Translations under genes and position numbers: made by a program
Part shown: positions 17,281 to 28,100 of the stretch, in pieces
How positions within the stretch are numbered: the first letter of the stretch is position 1
Layout of the letters: every line of letters starts with the position of its first letter
The notes under the pieces: generated by a model
The model's database searches: none
Told to the model about the DNA's origin: nothing
Seen by the model: only the letters and a program-made list of their open reading frames with translations
DNA from: an uncultured Chloroflexia bacterium
GTDB lineage: Bacteria > Chloroflexota > Chloroflexia > QHBQ01 > JADMIH01
Assembly (NCBI GenBank): GCA_963797095.1
Contig: CAWCNY010000003.1
Span: 128,001-192,000 of the forward strand
Reading direction: 5' to 3'
Length of the DNA stretch: 64,000 nt

Positions 17281-20200
17281 ATGAAAAAGGTTAGAACGCG
17301 GCTGCTGGCCTGTCTTACGCTTCTGGGTCTGCTTGTGCAGACTCTGGCGGTATCAGGCCCTGCCACCAGTATCGCGGGCACGCTTACGCCCGACCCCACG
17401 TCTGTGACAATCGCAGGCAGCCTTCAAAGTGAGCTTGGCTGCGCGGGCGATTGGGATCCCACGTGCGCCACCACTCACCTGACCTATGACGCTGCCGACG
17501 ATGTGTGGCAAGGTTCGTGGCCCGTGCCTGCGGGCAGCTACGAATACAAGGCAGCGCTCAACGATGGTTGGGACGAGAACTACGGCCTGCATGGCGTAGC
17601 GGGCGGCGATAATATCCCGCTCAATCTCTCAGCAGAGACCACGGTCAACTTCTATTACGACCACAAGAGCCATTGGATCACCGACAACCATAACTCTGTG
17701 ATCGCGACTGTACCGGGCAGCTTCCAGGCCGCGCTTGGTTGCCCAGGCGATTGGCAGCCCGACTGCCTGCGCTCGTGGCTCCAGGACCTGGACGGCGATG
17801 GCACCTACACCTTCGAGACCACCGATATCCCGGCGGGCAGCTATGAAGCCAAGGTAACCATCAACGAAAGCTGGGATGAGAACTACGGCCAGGGTGGAGT
17901 GCCCGGCGGCGCGAACATCCCCTTTACCGTGCCCAACAACGGCGCGCAGGTGCGCTTCACCTATAACTCCACTACCCACGTACTGACCATTTCCGCAGGC
18001 CACGGGCACGATAACAACGTCGAATACGATGGGTTGGGACACAACTCCCAGGATCTGATCTACCGCCAGCCCTTCGGCGCGATCAATCCCGGCACGCCCG
18101 TTACCCTGCGCTTCCGCACCTTCGCCAACGACGTGACGGGTGTAACCGCACGCCTGTATGACACCTCTACAAGCCAGCAGACACTCGCAAGTATGCAGTT
18201 GGTCGCGAACGCGATCACGTGCTACTCAGCCGACCTGTCAGACCAAAGCTGCGATTACTGGGAGACTGTGGTCACCCCAACACAGAAAACCACCCTTTAC
18301 TACAGGTTCATAGTCACCGACGGCACCGCCACCGCCTATTACGCCGACGATAACTTCAAGGACGGTGGGTGGGGAACGGCTACGCCAAACCTGATCGATA
18401 ACAGCTACGCTATCACGGTTTACGATCCCGCCTTCCAGCCAATATCGTGGATGGAGGACGCGGTCATTTACCAGATATTCCCGGACCGCTTCCGCAACGG
18501 CAAGCCCTCCAACGACCCACATGGCAACGAGCCGCGCTACAGCTACCCCAGCAATCCACTCGACCAGATATTGATCAAGGCGTGGAACGCCCTCCCTGAG
18601 GGTTACTGCCGAGACTACGTCAATCCAGGCCAACCATGCACCGAAACCCCCATGGGCCGCGACTACTTCGGCGGCGACCTGAAAGGCGTGGACGAAGAAC
18701 TTGCGTATCTCAGGCTGCTGGGGGTCAACACGCTTTACTTCAACCCGATATTCGACTCGGCCTCCGATCACGGCTATGACACCCAGAACTACTACGCTAT
18801 AGATCCCTTCTTCGGCACGCAGCAGGACTGGGACAAGCTGGAGCGGGATGCCTCGCGGTTGGGCATACGGGTCATCCTGGACGGTGTGTTCAACCACGTA
18901 TCCTCAGACAGCAAGTACTTCGACAGGTACCACCACTTCTCCGACACCGGAGCGTGTGAAAGCGTCAACTCGCCTTACCGGTCGTGGTTCTACTTCCAGG
19001 ACCAGGCGGGCGGGCCGTGCGCAGGCCCGAACGGCCCCAACACGATGACTTACAGTGCCTGGTTCGGCTTCGACAGCCTGCCAGTGCTCAACAAGGATGT
19101 GCAGGCGGTACGCGACCTCTTCTATGCGCAACCGGGCAGCGTCAGCCGATACTGGTTGAACCAGGGAGCCGACGGCTGGCGTCTCGACGTGATGGGCGAC
19201 GGCTCGTTCCCCGATAGCTACTGGCAGGGGTTCCGCACCGCCGTCAAGAACACCAAGAGCACGGCCCCCATCATCGGCGAGCTTTGGAAGAAGGACGAGA
19301 TACTCCCCAAGATCCACGGCGACATGGCCGATACCACCATGAACTACAGGTTCCGCAACGCGATCCTCGGCTTCTTCGGGAAGGTTGACAACAAGGGTTT
19401 CCCCGACGACGGCCAGAGCGACGAGCCGCCTAGCCTATTCGCCAGCAAGCTCAACTCGTTGCGCGAGGACTATCCTGACGCCACCTACTACACGCTGATG
19501 AACCTGATGGACAGCCACGACACGCAGCGCATCCTCTGGAGCCTAACGCCCGGCGAGAACAACCGCGAAGACAAGGAGTTCAATGCGGCTAACGTGGCGA
19601 ACGGCAAGGACAAATTGCGCCTTGCCTCGCTGGTGCAGTTCACCATACCAGGCGCGCCCACGATCTACTACGGCGATGAGATCGGGATGACCGGCTCCGA
19701 CGACCCCGACGACCGCCGCACCTTCCCCTGGCTGGGCATCCTGCCGCACGGCGACCTGACCCTGGGACTCTACTACGCTCGCCTGGCGCAGATCCGCGAC
19801 AACAACCCGGTACTGCGAGATGGCACACTCAAGTTCCTACTCACAGACGATACCGATCGCACGCTGGCATACGGCATGAGGCAGGGCAACCAGGCGGCCA
19901 TCATTACCATCAACCGTGACGAGACCTCAAGCAAGACCCTTACTATACCTGTCGGCGGGTACCTGCCCAATGGTGTACAGTTCAGGAACGCGCTGGGTGG
20001 CGGCTCGGCTTCAACCTCCGGCGGCAATCTGGTAGTGACCCTTCCGCCACTCGGCGGCGCGATCTGGATGGCTCGCATCGGGCAGGACCTCACCCCTCCC
20101 AACCCACCTTATAACCTCGCGGCTAACGCCGGCAACGGGCAGGTGAGCCTTACCTGGCACTCGGTACCGAGCGCTACGGGCTACAACGTCTATCGCAGCC

Positions 20201-21366
20201 CGTTGAGCGGTGGCGGCTTCGAGATGGTTGGCACTTCTACCACCACCAGCTTCCTTAACACGGGTGTTACCAATAGCACTCGCTACTACTATGTAGTGAC
20301 CGCCCGCGACAGCGCAGGCAACGAAAGCCGCTGGAGTAACCAGGCATCGGCCATACCGTCGGCCCCGATAGGTTGGGCGGGTCACCTGTGGCCGCCTACG
20401 TTGACGATCACCATCAATGCCCTGCAAACGCAGACTGTGTATGCGCAGGTATGGGTGGACGGCGTTACCAATCTGCCTGGACAGGGAGCGGGTGTGCTGG
20501 CGCAGTTCGCCTATGGCGATACGGGCAGCAATCCGGCCACGTGGACCTGGATGCCTATGGCCTACAATACCGACGTGGGCAACAACGACGAATACAAAGT
20601 GGACTTCACGCCGGAGCAGGTCGGCACGTTTGACTACCTCGCAAGGTTTTCCACTAACCTGGGCGGGACCTGGACCTACGCGTACACCGACGACCTCCAG
20701 CGCGGCGTGCTGACAGTCAATGCGTCGTCCGATACGACGCCTCCTGCCGCCCCCACCAACCCGCACGTTACCGGCTCGTCGGCTAGCTCGATCAGCCTGG
20801 CATGGGACGCCAACAGCGAGCCCGACCTCTACAGGTACGAGGTGTGGCGCAGCACCACGAGCGGCGGGCCATACGGCAAGATCGCCAACGTGCCCGGCGG
20901 AACAACAGAGTATGACGATACCGGCGTTACGTCCAACGGCACCTATTACTACGTGATCACGGCGCAGGACACCTCGTTCAACCGCTCGACCAACTCGGCG
21001 CAGGTGACGGGGACGGCCACGCCGCAAACGGTGTCGGTGACGTTCACGACGACTCTACCCGCTAACACGCCTGCGGGCGATACCGTGCATATAGCGGGCA
21101 GCTTCCCGGCCCCATATCCTCAGTGGGACCCCGGCGCGCTGCCCATGACGCGGCTCGATGCCACGCACGCGCAGATCACGCTCAACATGCTGGAAGGCAC
21201 GCAGGTGGAGTACAAATACACACGGGGGACCTGGGACAGCGTCGAGAAAGGGCCTGCCTGCGAGGAGATACCAAACAGGCAACTCAGCGTGGAGCACAGC
21301 GCAAACGGCACCCAGCAGGTGGGCGATACGGTCGCCAAGTGGCGAGACATAGATGCCTGTCCGTGA
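17281..21366 (+). CDS. apu: Secreted amylopullulanase (two X25-like modules, GH13 catalytic domain, FN3 repeats, C-terminal CBM20-like module)
   Basis: Signal peptide; GSLQSELGCAGDWDP-type repeat; YQIFPDRF, GGDLKG, LDGVFNH, DGWRLDV, GELW, SHDT and PTIYYGDE motifs; EYKYTRG tail. Confidence 0.92.
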   Translation: MKKVRTRLLACLTLLGLLVQTLAVSGPATSIAGTLTPDPTSVTIAGSLQSELGCAGDWDPTCATTHLTYDAADDVWQGSWPVPAGSYEYKAALNDGWDENYGLHGVAGGDNIPLNLSAETTVNFYYDHKSHWITDNHNSVIATVPGSFQAALGCPGDWQPDCLRSWLQDLDGDGTYTFETTDIPAGSYEAKVTINESWDENYGQGGVPGGANIPFTVPNNGAQVRFTYNSTTHVLTISAGHGHDNNVEYDGLGHNSQDLIYRQPFGAINPGTPVTLRFRTFANDVTGVTARLYDTSTSQQTLASMQLVANAITCYSADLSDQSCDYWETVVTPTQKTTLYYRFIVTDGTATAYYADDNFKDGGWGTATPNLIDNSYAITVYDPAFQPISWMEDAVIYQIFPDRFRNGKPSNDPHGNEPRYSYPSNPLDQILIKAWNALPEGYCRDYVNPGQPCTETPMGRDYFGGDLKGVDEELAYLRLLGVNTLYFNPIFDSASDHGYDTQNYYAIDPFFGTQQDWDKLERDASRLGIRVILDGVFNHVSSDSKYFDRYHHFSDTGACESVNSPYRSWFYFQDQAGGPCAGPNGPNTMTYSAWFGFDSLPVLNKDVQAVRDLFYAQPGSVSRYWLNQGADGWRLDVMGDGSFPDSYWQGFRTAVKNTKSTAPIIGELWKKDEILPKIHGDMADTTMNYRFRNAILGFFGKVDNKGFPDDGQSDEPPSLFASKLNSLREDYPDATYYTLMNLMDSHDTQRILWSLTPGENNREDKEFNAANVANGKDKLRLASLVQFTIPGAPTIYYGDEIGMTGSDDPDDRRTFPWLGILPHGDLTLGLYYARLAQIRDNNPVLRDGTLKFLLTDDTDRTLAYGMRQGNQAAIITINRDETSSKTLTIPVGGYLPNGVQFRNALGGGSASTSGGNLVVTLPPLGGAIWMARIGQDLTPPNPPYNLAANAGNGQVSLTWHSVPSATGYNVYRSPLSGGGFEMVGTSTTTSFLNTGVTNSTRYYYVVTARDSAGNESRWSNQASAIPSAPIGWAGHLWPPTLTITINALQTQTVYAQVWVDGVTNLPGQGAGVLAQFAYGDTGSNPATWTWMPMAYNTDVGNNDEYKVDFTPEQVGTFDYLARFSTNLGGTWTYAYTDDLQRGVLTVNASSDTTPPAAPTNPHVTGSSASSISLAWDANSEPDLYRYEVWRSTTSGGPYGKIANVPGGTTEYDDTGVTSNGTYYYVITAQDTSFNRSTNSAQVTGTATPQTVSVTFTTTLPANTPAGDTVHIAGSFPAPYPQWDPGALPMTRLDATHAQITLNMLEGTQVEYKYTRGTWDSVEKGPACEEIPNRQLSVEHSANGTQQVGDTVAKWRDIDACP

Positions 21367-21388
21367 CCTCTCCCTGAGAGGTGGGCAA

Positions 21389-21441
21389 TTCCAAGATAAA
21401 GAAAATGGGCGGCGAAGCCGCCCATTTTCTTTATCTTGGAA
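21389..21441. terminator. Long perfect hairpin (25-bp stem), probable terminator
   Basis: TTCCAAGATAAAGAAAATGGGCGGC-GAA-GCCGCCCATTTTCTTTATCTTGGAA. Confidence 0.8.
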
Positions 21442-21595
21442 CCGGTGTTACTGCTCCAAACGAGCCACAGAGAGTTAGCCGTGCGAATTGTGTTGCCAAT
21501 CGTGGCCCGATTCGGTTAGACTTGGGATCTCTGCGAAGCATTTTCAGACGTGTGCGGCTGCAACACTGGAGCTGCAACACTGGATTGGAAAAACC

Positions 21596-23704
21596 ATGCG
21601 AAAACTTCTCATCTTCATCGGCCTACTTTCGCTTGCCATAGCCATCGGCGCGATTGCAAACCCCAACTCCTACGCACAAGACAAAGGTGACTCCGATCAT
21701 GGAGGCCGGCCCCCGATGTTTACCCCTGGGCCAATCGAAGGCCCCCTGGTGGAAGAAACAGCCATCCCCGCTCAACCTCTACCGCCCGATCTCCCTGAGG
21801 TTTTCCCCACGGTGTCGATGTTCGGCATGAACCTCTACCTGACAGGGCTTGAGCGAAGCGTCGGCCAGTCGAACCGGATCGGCCAGCTTGCGGCGGCTGA
21901 CGGCGTCAAATGGTCGCGGGAGGAGCTTTCGTGGGCCAACATCGAGCCGAACACCAAGGGCACATACAACTGGTCCCCCTACGATCAAAGGCTCGCCACC
22001 GACACCAACAACGGCATCCAGGTGATCGGGATGTTGCTCACCACCCCACGCTGGGCCAGCACCAACCCCCCCGCCTCCAACTGGTACTGGTACGAGCCTG
22101 CTAACTACAACGACTATTTCGATTTCGTGCGGGCGGCGGTAACACGGTGGAAAGGCACCATTCATACCTGGGAGATATGGAACGAGCCGAACCACGAGGG
22201 CACCTGGACCTGCCTGAATAGCTGCGACCGCGCGGCCCACTACGCGCAGCTTTTGCAGGGCGCTTACGTGGCGGTCAAGTCGGTTGACCCCTCGGCGCGC
22301 GTGCTTATCGGCGGGTTGTATGTCCACGATACCAACAACGAGGGGATGGCGTTCCTCAACAGCGTGGTGGCCGCTTCGGGAGGCGCGATCAACTTCGACG
22401 CTATGTCGATCCACACCTACATGCCCGACCGCGTGCCGGAGAGCACCGACCCCAACACCGTAGTCCAGAACTTCCAGTACAGGCTGAATATGGTCAACGA
22501 CTGGATCAACGCTCACGGCGGCCACCCAGCCGAGGTCTGGATTACCGAGGAGGGCAAGAGCACGTGCATACCGTCGGCGGCGTGCCCCTCCAACATGACC
22601 TGGAGCGAGGACGCCCAGGCATCGATGCTGGCGCGTATGTACGGGATCGCGGCGGCATCCCCCAGGGTAGTTCAGTACGACTACTTCCAGGCCGAGGACA
22701 AATTCAACAATCCCGCCGATCTATACGGCGGCATGTCTGTGATCCGCGACAACCTCACCACCAAGCCCGCCTACGATGCCTACCGCACCGTCGCAAGCCA
22801 GCTTGATGGGGCAACCTACGTGGGCATGGGGCCGCAGATGATACCGGGCAACAACCCCCGCCAGCCCGATACTTCCGACTTCATAGGCTTTGACTACAAG
22901 TTCGCGAAAGGGAGCCAGGTAGTCAACATGGTATGGCGGGTGAGCGGAAGCGCCAGCGTGGCGTACCCCGTGCAGGGCACCTCGGTGGACGTTGTGGACA
23001 GGGATGGCGGGGTCACACACATGACGTCGAGCGGCGGCACCATACCGCTCACCATAAGCTCGCGGCCCCAGTACGTGGTGACGCTTGCATGCACTGCCCG
23101 TTTCAACGACGTTTGCCCCGACTTCTGGGCCTATTCCTATATCGAGTGCCTGGCATCACGCGGGATCATATCGGGGTACACCGATGGCAGCTTCCGCCCC
23201 AACAACCTGATCACGCGCGGGCAGCTTGCCAAGATCGTGTCGAACTCGGCAGGCTTCAGCGAGAGCCACAACACCCAGACCTTCGCCGACATCGTGGTGG
23301 GCAGCACGTTCTACCAGTATGTTGAGAGATTGGCGTCGCGCAGCATAATCAGCGGGTACCCTTGCGGCGGCCCTGGCGAGCCTTGCGGCCCAGGCAATCG
23401 CCCTTACTTCCGGCCCAACGCCAACACCACGCGTGGACAGACGGCCAAGATCGTGTCGAACGCCAAAGGGTATAGCGATACGCCGACCGGCCAGACCTTC
23501 CAGGATGTCGCGCCCGGCAGCACCTTCTACCTGTGGGTACAAAGGCTTGCCTCTCGCAACATCATGAGCGGCTATGCGTGCGGCGGCCCTGGCGAGCCTT
23601 GCGGCTCAGGCAATCTCCCCTATTTCAGGCCGTCCAACAATGGAACGAGAGCGCAGGTGTCGAAGATCGTGGCAAACACCTTCTTCCCTTCGTGCACCCC
23701 GTAA
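21596..23704 (+). CDS. Secreted clan GH-A glycoside hydrolase (GH39/GH5-like) with C-terminal SLH repeats
   Basis: MRKLLIF signal peptide; WEIWNEPN acid/base and VWITEEG nucleophile motifs; ISGYTDGSFRPNNLITRGQLAK SLH repeats. Confidence 0.85.
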   Translation: MRKLLIFIGLLSLAIAIGAIANPNSYAQDKGDSDHGGRPPMFTPGPIEGPLVEETAIPAQPLPPDLPEVFPTVSMFGMNLYLTGLERSVGQSNRIGQLAAADGVKWSREELSWANIEPNTKGTYNWSPYDQRLATDTNNGIQVIGMLLTTPRWASTNPPASNWYWYEPANYNDYFDFVRAAVTRWKGTIHTWEIWNEPNHEGTWTCLNSCDRAAHYAQLLQGAYVAVKSVDPSARVLIGGLYVHDTNNEGMAFLNSVVAASGGAINFDAMSIHTYMPDRVPESTDPNTVVQNFQYRLNMVNDWINAHGGHPAEVWITEEGKSTCIPSAACPSNMTWSEDAQASMLARMYGIAAASPRVVQYDYFQAEDKFNNPADLYGGMSVIRDNLTTKPAYDAYRTVASQLDGATYVGMGPQMIPGNNPRQPDTSDFIGFDYKFAKGSQVVNMVWRVSGSASVAYPVQGTSVDVVDRDGGVTHMTSSGGTIPLTISSRPQYVVTLACTARFNDVCPDFWAYSYIECLASRGIISGYTDGSFRPNNLITRGQLAKIVSNSAGFSESHNTQTFADIVVGSTFYQYVERLASRSIISGYPCGGPGEPCGPGNRPYFRPNANTTRGQTAKIVSNAKGYSDTPTGQTFQDVAPGSTFYLWVQRLASRNIMSGYACGGPGEPCGSGNLPYFRPSNNGTRAQVSKIVANTFFPSCTP

Positions 23705-23716
23705 ACGGAGCCAGCA

Positions 23717-24229
23717 ATGACACAGGTCCTCCCGGCGCACGCTTACCTTGACGAGAGGGGCATCCCTTACAGGCGGTTGTCCTTTCCTACCGATACCGAA
23801 AAAGGCGCGGCCAACGTGGCGCGGGCGCTCGGCTACCGGGAGCGGCAGATGGTCAAGACCCTCGTCTTCGAGACCGACCAAGGCGAGTGTGCGCTGGTTA
23901 TGCTAGGCGGCGATCAGAACGCCATCTCCGGCCACCTGAAGAAGGCCCTCGGCTCGCGCAACATCCGCCTGGCCGACCCTGACAGGGTGCTCTCAACAAC
24001 GGGATATGTGATCGGCTCTATTCCGCCGTTTCACTGGCAGCCCGATGGGACCCGCTCGTTCATCGAGGAGAGCCTGATGTCGGAACCTTTACTGGGCGTG
24101 GGTGCAGGCCAATGGGGGGAGGAGATCATGATCACGCCCCAGTATCTTGTGGAGGCAAGCAGCGCGCAAGTCGTGAACCTCACCGACAGGGAGCGCCCCG
24201 CGATCACCGGGGAGGTGTCCGGGCAATAA
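23717..24229 (+). CDS. ybaK: YbaK/EbsC family aminoacyl-tRNA deacylase
   Basis: QMVKTLV, TGYVIGSIPPF and VGAG motifs. Confidence 0.85.
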   Translation: MTQVLPAHAYLDERGIPYRRLSFPTDTEKGAANVARALGYRERQMVKTLVFETDQGECALVMLGGDQNAISGHLKKALGSRNIRLADPDRVLSTTGYVIGSIPPFHWQPDGTRSFIEESLMSEPLLGVGAGQWGEEIMITPQYLVEASSAQVVNLTDRERPAITGEVSGQ

Positions 24230-24269
24230 GAAAGCAGGGGGCGCGGGCCGAAACCTACCCCTGAAAGCC

Positions 24270-25880
24270 TCACACGAGCAAGGAGAGGATGCCCTTCAGC
24301 GGGATCATTACCCAGCCTGGGCGGTTATTCAACTCGTAAATCAGCTCGTAAACCGCCTTTTCGAGCAGGTGAGCGTCGAGCACAACCTGCAAATCCTTGC
24401 GGTTTTGGGGTAGGAAGCTGGCACCACCCGCCGTTTGCAGGTACTCGCGCAAGTAGGACACGCTCACCCACTGCTGCCACGCATCGGCGAGAGGTTCCAG
24501 GGACGCCAGGTTTTTCACCTCCGCGGCCTGCTGGTAGCTGAACATCCCCGAATAGGCCGCGTAGTGGAACGACCGGAGCATACCCGCCACATCCTTGAGC
24601 GGCGAGTGCTTCAATCTGCGCTCGGCAAGTGAGCGCACAGGCTCTCCCTCGAAGTCGATGATCATAAAGTCTCGGCCCGTATAGAGCACCTGGCCCAGGT
24701 GGTAATCGCCGTGGCAGCGTGTCCTGGTGGCGGCGAGTGGACGCTCAAGCAGCACGCCAAACTTGCTTTGCACCTCCGCTTGGCGCGCCAGGAGGGCGTT
24801 CCCCTCCTCTTGCACTTGAGCATGCAGGTAGCTCAGTCGCGACCGCAAGAGGCCAAAGGCATGCTCGGTGAGGGCGTTCATTGAGTTGTACATAGCGCGC
24901 TGGTATTCCGGAGTATAAGGTTCCGGCGCGAAGGCAGGGTCAGTCGGGTCGGACGCCAGGGCTATATGCATCTCAGCCGTTCGTCGCCCAAGGAGGCGCG
25001 ACCATCGCATGTAGTCACCGATGGCGCTTGTTTCTTCCGGGATACTCATATTGGCAAGGCGCAGCGGATGCCCCTGTGCAAGCGGGGGAGCCTCCGCGCT
25101 GTCGTAGGAATCAGAGGCGGTGCGACGGTAGTAGTCTCTCAATTCACCGAGAGTGAGGCTCCAGGCATCGCCGAAGTTCCGCACGAAACCCTGTAGGATC
25201 GCGAGCGTTACCGGCTCGCCTTCTGAGAGGTATTCCAGGGCGCCCGCCAGCGCGGGCGTGTGGGTGAAGCCTTGCTTGCCCAGGAAGCGGCCTACCTCAA
25301 GATCGGGGCTGGTGCCTTCTTCCAGGCGGCGGAACAGCTTGAGGATGAATCTGTTGCCGTACTTGATCGATGTGTTGCTCTGCTCAGCGCCCATGAGCGA
25401 AGGTTCAAGGTTGAACGTATCGCCAACCACATCGTCGAAGGCGTGGGTGCGCCAGGCGGTAATCTCGCCCGAGGGACTCGAGAAGTGATCCTGCCTCTCT
25501 ATCGCGTCCAGCAAGCTAAGTGTAAAGCTCGTGTTGAAAGTCGCGTCGTACAGCACCATCTCACGATGAGCATCCGCCTGGCCGTCAACGATGCGCGTCA
25601 CGATGGCCTGGTGCGCGTTGCCCGTCAGTTGCGCGTCGCTATTCGTGACACTGAGGGGCAGCACGTAGTGCTGGTACCCGCCATCCGCGTAATTCACGCG
25701 CAAAATGGTCATATAGGAACGCTCCTCATCGTGTGCCAGAGGCATCACGTCCACCAGCGCCACCGATGCGATAGTGCGCGCTTTGCCCCCGAACCAGCGG
25801 CGAGCAGCTAGATAGTCGGGCAGGACTGCCTCAAGTTTAGTTTTGTTCTCTCCCTCGAACAAGCTAAGGTCATCAGCCAT
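24270..25880 (-). CDS. mak: Maltokinase (Mak/Pep2 type)
   Basis: RWFGGKAR, AEQSNTS, LKLFRR, HGDYHLGQVL and IDFEGEP motifs. Confidence 0.88.
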   Translation of the reverse strand: MADDLSLFEGENKTKLEAVLPDYLAARRWFGGKARTIASVALVDVMPLAHDEERSYMTILRVNYADGGYQHYVLPLSVTNSDAQLTGNAHQAIVTRIVDGQADAHREMVLYDATFNTSFTLSLLDAIERQDHFSSPSGEITAWRTHAFDDVVGDTFNLEPSLMGAEQSNTSIKYGNRFILKLFRRLEEGTSPDLEVGRFLGKQGFTHTPALAGALEYLSEGEPVTLAILQGFVRNFGDAWSLTLGELRDYYRRTASDSYDSAEAPPLAQGHPLRLANMSIPEETSAIGDYMRWSRLLGRRTAEMHIALASDPTDPAFAPEPYTPEYQRAMYNSMNALTEHAFGLLRSRLSYLHAQVQEEGNALLARQAEVQSKFGVLLERPLAATRTRCHGDYHLGQVLYTGRDFMIIDFEGEPVRSLAERRLKHSPLKDVAGMLRSFHYAAYSGMFSYQQAAEVKNLASLEPLADAWQQWVSVSYLREYLQTAGGASFLPQNRKDLQVVLDAHLLEKAVYELIYELNNRPGWVMIPLKGILSLLV

Positions 25881-25959
25881 CTTTTCTCCTAGAAGTTACA
25901 GTTAGGGTACAGGTAAACACCCAAGCAAAACCCATGTGTCACTGGTCACCCGTCACTCA

Positions 25960-27942
25960 CTACAGATAATAGTCGAAATCATGCTCTGTGCGCACCCGCC
26001 TTCTGAGACTGAAGATATGGGCGGGGCGCGTCTTGGGGTCAAGCTCCACGTAGTTTTGGCTGCCCGACCACATATAGCGCTCATCCGTCAGCAAATCGTG
26101 TACCTCGTAAGGCTGGTGCGGGTCGATCTCGAACTCCTCCAGGGGCAATTCCACAAGCCCATTTTGCGTCCAGGCCGGGTCGAGGTTGACCACCATAAGG
26201 AGGAGGTCGCTCATACTGTCGTTGGATTTGGTATATGCGATGACCCTGTCGTTGGTAGTGGGATGGAAGAGCAGGTTATCATTGCTCTGCAATGCCGGAT
26301 GATCGCGCCTGATCTTGTTTACACGGGCGATGAGAGGGGCCAGACTCTGAGGGTCTTTGACATTCCAGTGCTTGATCTCGTATTTCTCGGAATAGAGGTA
26401 CTCCTCTTTGCCGTGGGCGATGGGAGTATTCACCGCCAACTCATAGGCCGGCCCATAGATACCGTAGCTCGCGCCAAGGGTGGCGGCCAGCACGAAGCGC
26501 GAAATGAAGGCAGGTCTCCCCCCGATCTGCAATATCTCGGTCAGGATGTCGGGGGTATTGGGCCACAGATTGGGGCGGAAAAACTCTTTCACGTCGGTGG
26601 TGGTAAGCTCGGTGAGGTATTCGGTCAGTTCGTACCGCGTATTTCGCCACGCGTAGTAATTGTAAGATTGTGTAAATCCGATCTTGGCTAAGAAGTACAT
26701 TACTTTAGGCCGGGTGAAGGCTTCGGCCAGGAAGATCAGTTCAGGGTACTCCTCCTTCAGGCTGTTTATACACCAATCCCAGAAGCGCAGTGATTTGGTG
26801 TGGGGGTTGTCCACGCGGAAGATCTTGACCCCCTGCTTCACCCAGAACTCGAAGATGCTCCGAAGCTCGGTCCATAGTTCGCGCCACTGGGGCGTTTCGA
26901 AATCGAAGGGGTAGATATCCTCGTATTTCTTGGGCGGGTTCTCGGAGTATTGAATGGAACCGTCGGGGCGCTTCTTGAACCACTCAGGATGCTCCCGCAC
27001 GTAGGGATGGTCGGGCGAGCAATTGAAGGCTATATCGAGGGCCACATCAATGCCGTATTCACTTGCTTTCCTGACAAAGCTACGGAAATCTTCCAAAGTG
27101 CCGAGGTCCGGGTGGATCGCTTTCTGCCCGCCTGCCTCGGAGCCGATGGCCCACGGGCTGCCAACATCGTCCGGCTGGGCCTCCACGCTGTTGTTCTTGC
27201 CTTTGCGCTTTGTGGTGCCTATCGGGTGGATGGGAGGGAGGTAAACCACGTTGAAGCCGAGGTCAGAGACGTAAGCAAGGCGCTTTTCGCAATCGGCGAA
27301 GGTGCCGTGGGTGCAATCTTCATCCCAGCAAGAGCGGGGGAAGAACTCGTACCAAGCGCCATAGCGGGCCCGCACAGGGTCAACGGTGACGCGCAGTATC
27401 CGGTCGTAGGTGGTGCCATGTTCGCGATCAGTGTAGGTGTACATCAGGTCGGCCAGGTCGTCCGAAAGGGCCGCTGCGATGCCTGTGTCGCCTCCTGCCC
27501 GCACGGTTTCAAGATAGGATTGCAGTTCTTTCTTGTCAGTGGATGTGGCCCGAGTAATGGCGTCTTCGATGTATTCGGAGCCGATCATCAGATCGACACT
27601 GACATCCTGGCGGGCCTCGAGCCTCTTCACCAGGTCGCGCGACCAGTGCTTAAAGTGATCGAGCCAGCCGCGAATTGTGTACTCATAGGTGCCCAGTTGC
27701 GGCACATCGAAATGGGCGCGCCAGCGGTCATTCACCATGGCTTCCATCGGCACATCGATCCACCGGCCACCCGCTTGCCTGTAACGTAGCTCGCAAGACA
27801 CTGCTTCGTGACCATCCGTGAAAACATCGGCTTCTACTGTTACGCGCTCGCCCACGACACGTTTTATCGGGTAACGCCCATCGTCCACCTCAGGCTTCAC
27901 CCCTTCTACAATCACACGTTTGTTCAACATCTCAACAATCAT
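25960..27942 (-). CDS. glgE: Alpha-1,4-glucan:maltose-1-phosphate maltosyltransferase
   Basis: WYEFFPRS, YLPPIHPIG, ENPPKKYEDIY, FRVDNPHTK, FLAEAF and NTPDIL motifs. Confidence 0.96.
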   Translation of the reverse strand: MIVEMLNKRVIVEGVKPEVDDGRYPIKRVVGERVTVEADVFTDGHEAVSCELRYRQAGGRWIDVPMEAMVNDRWRAHFDVPQLGTYEYTIRGWLDHFKHWSRDLVKRLEARQDVSVDLMIGSEYIEDAITRATSTDKKELQSYLETVRAGGDTGIAAALSDDLADLMYTYTDREHGTTYDRILRVTVDPVRARYGAWYEFFPRSCWDEDCTHGTFADCEKRLAYVSDLGFNVVYLPPIHPIGTTKRKGKNNSVEAQPDDVGSPWAIGSEAGGQKAIHPDLGTLEDFRSFVRKASEYGIDVALDIAFNCSPDHPYVREHPEWFKKRPDGSIQYSENPPKKYEDIYPFDFETPQWRELWTELRSIFEFWVKQGVKIFRVDNPHTKSLRFWDWCINSLKEEYPELIFLAEAFTRPKVMYFLAKIGFTQSYNYYAWRNTRYELTEYLTELTTTDVKEFFRPNLWPNTPDILTEILQIGGRPAFISRFVLAATLGASYGIYGPAYELAVNTPIAHGKEEYLYSEKYEIKHWNVKDPQSLAPLIARVNKIRRDHPALQSNDNLLFHPTTNDRVIAYTKSNDSMSDLLLMVVNLDPAWTQNGLVELPLEEFEIDPHQPYEVHDLLTDERYMWSGSQNYVELDPKTRPAHIFSLRRRVRTEHDFDYYL

Positions 27943-28100
27943 GTCGTGGGTCCTCCGTATTTGTATGTGTCTATTCCTTGCCTCAGAGCATAAAGGAGAG
28001 TGGGTTTTGCGTCAACCGTACCCTGGGCGTGCAATAATCATAGCATCTCGCGTGCCTGCGAGTAGCATTATATGGTAATATCAGCCAGGAAATCGGCAAG

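Noticed and set aside
21557-21584. Tandem 14-mer GCTGCAACACTGGA x2 upstream of the SLH glycosidase
   Set aside because: Real, but probably a simple local duplication; no further support for function.
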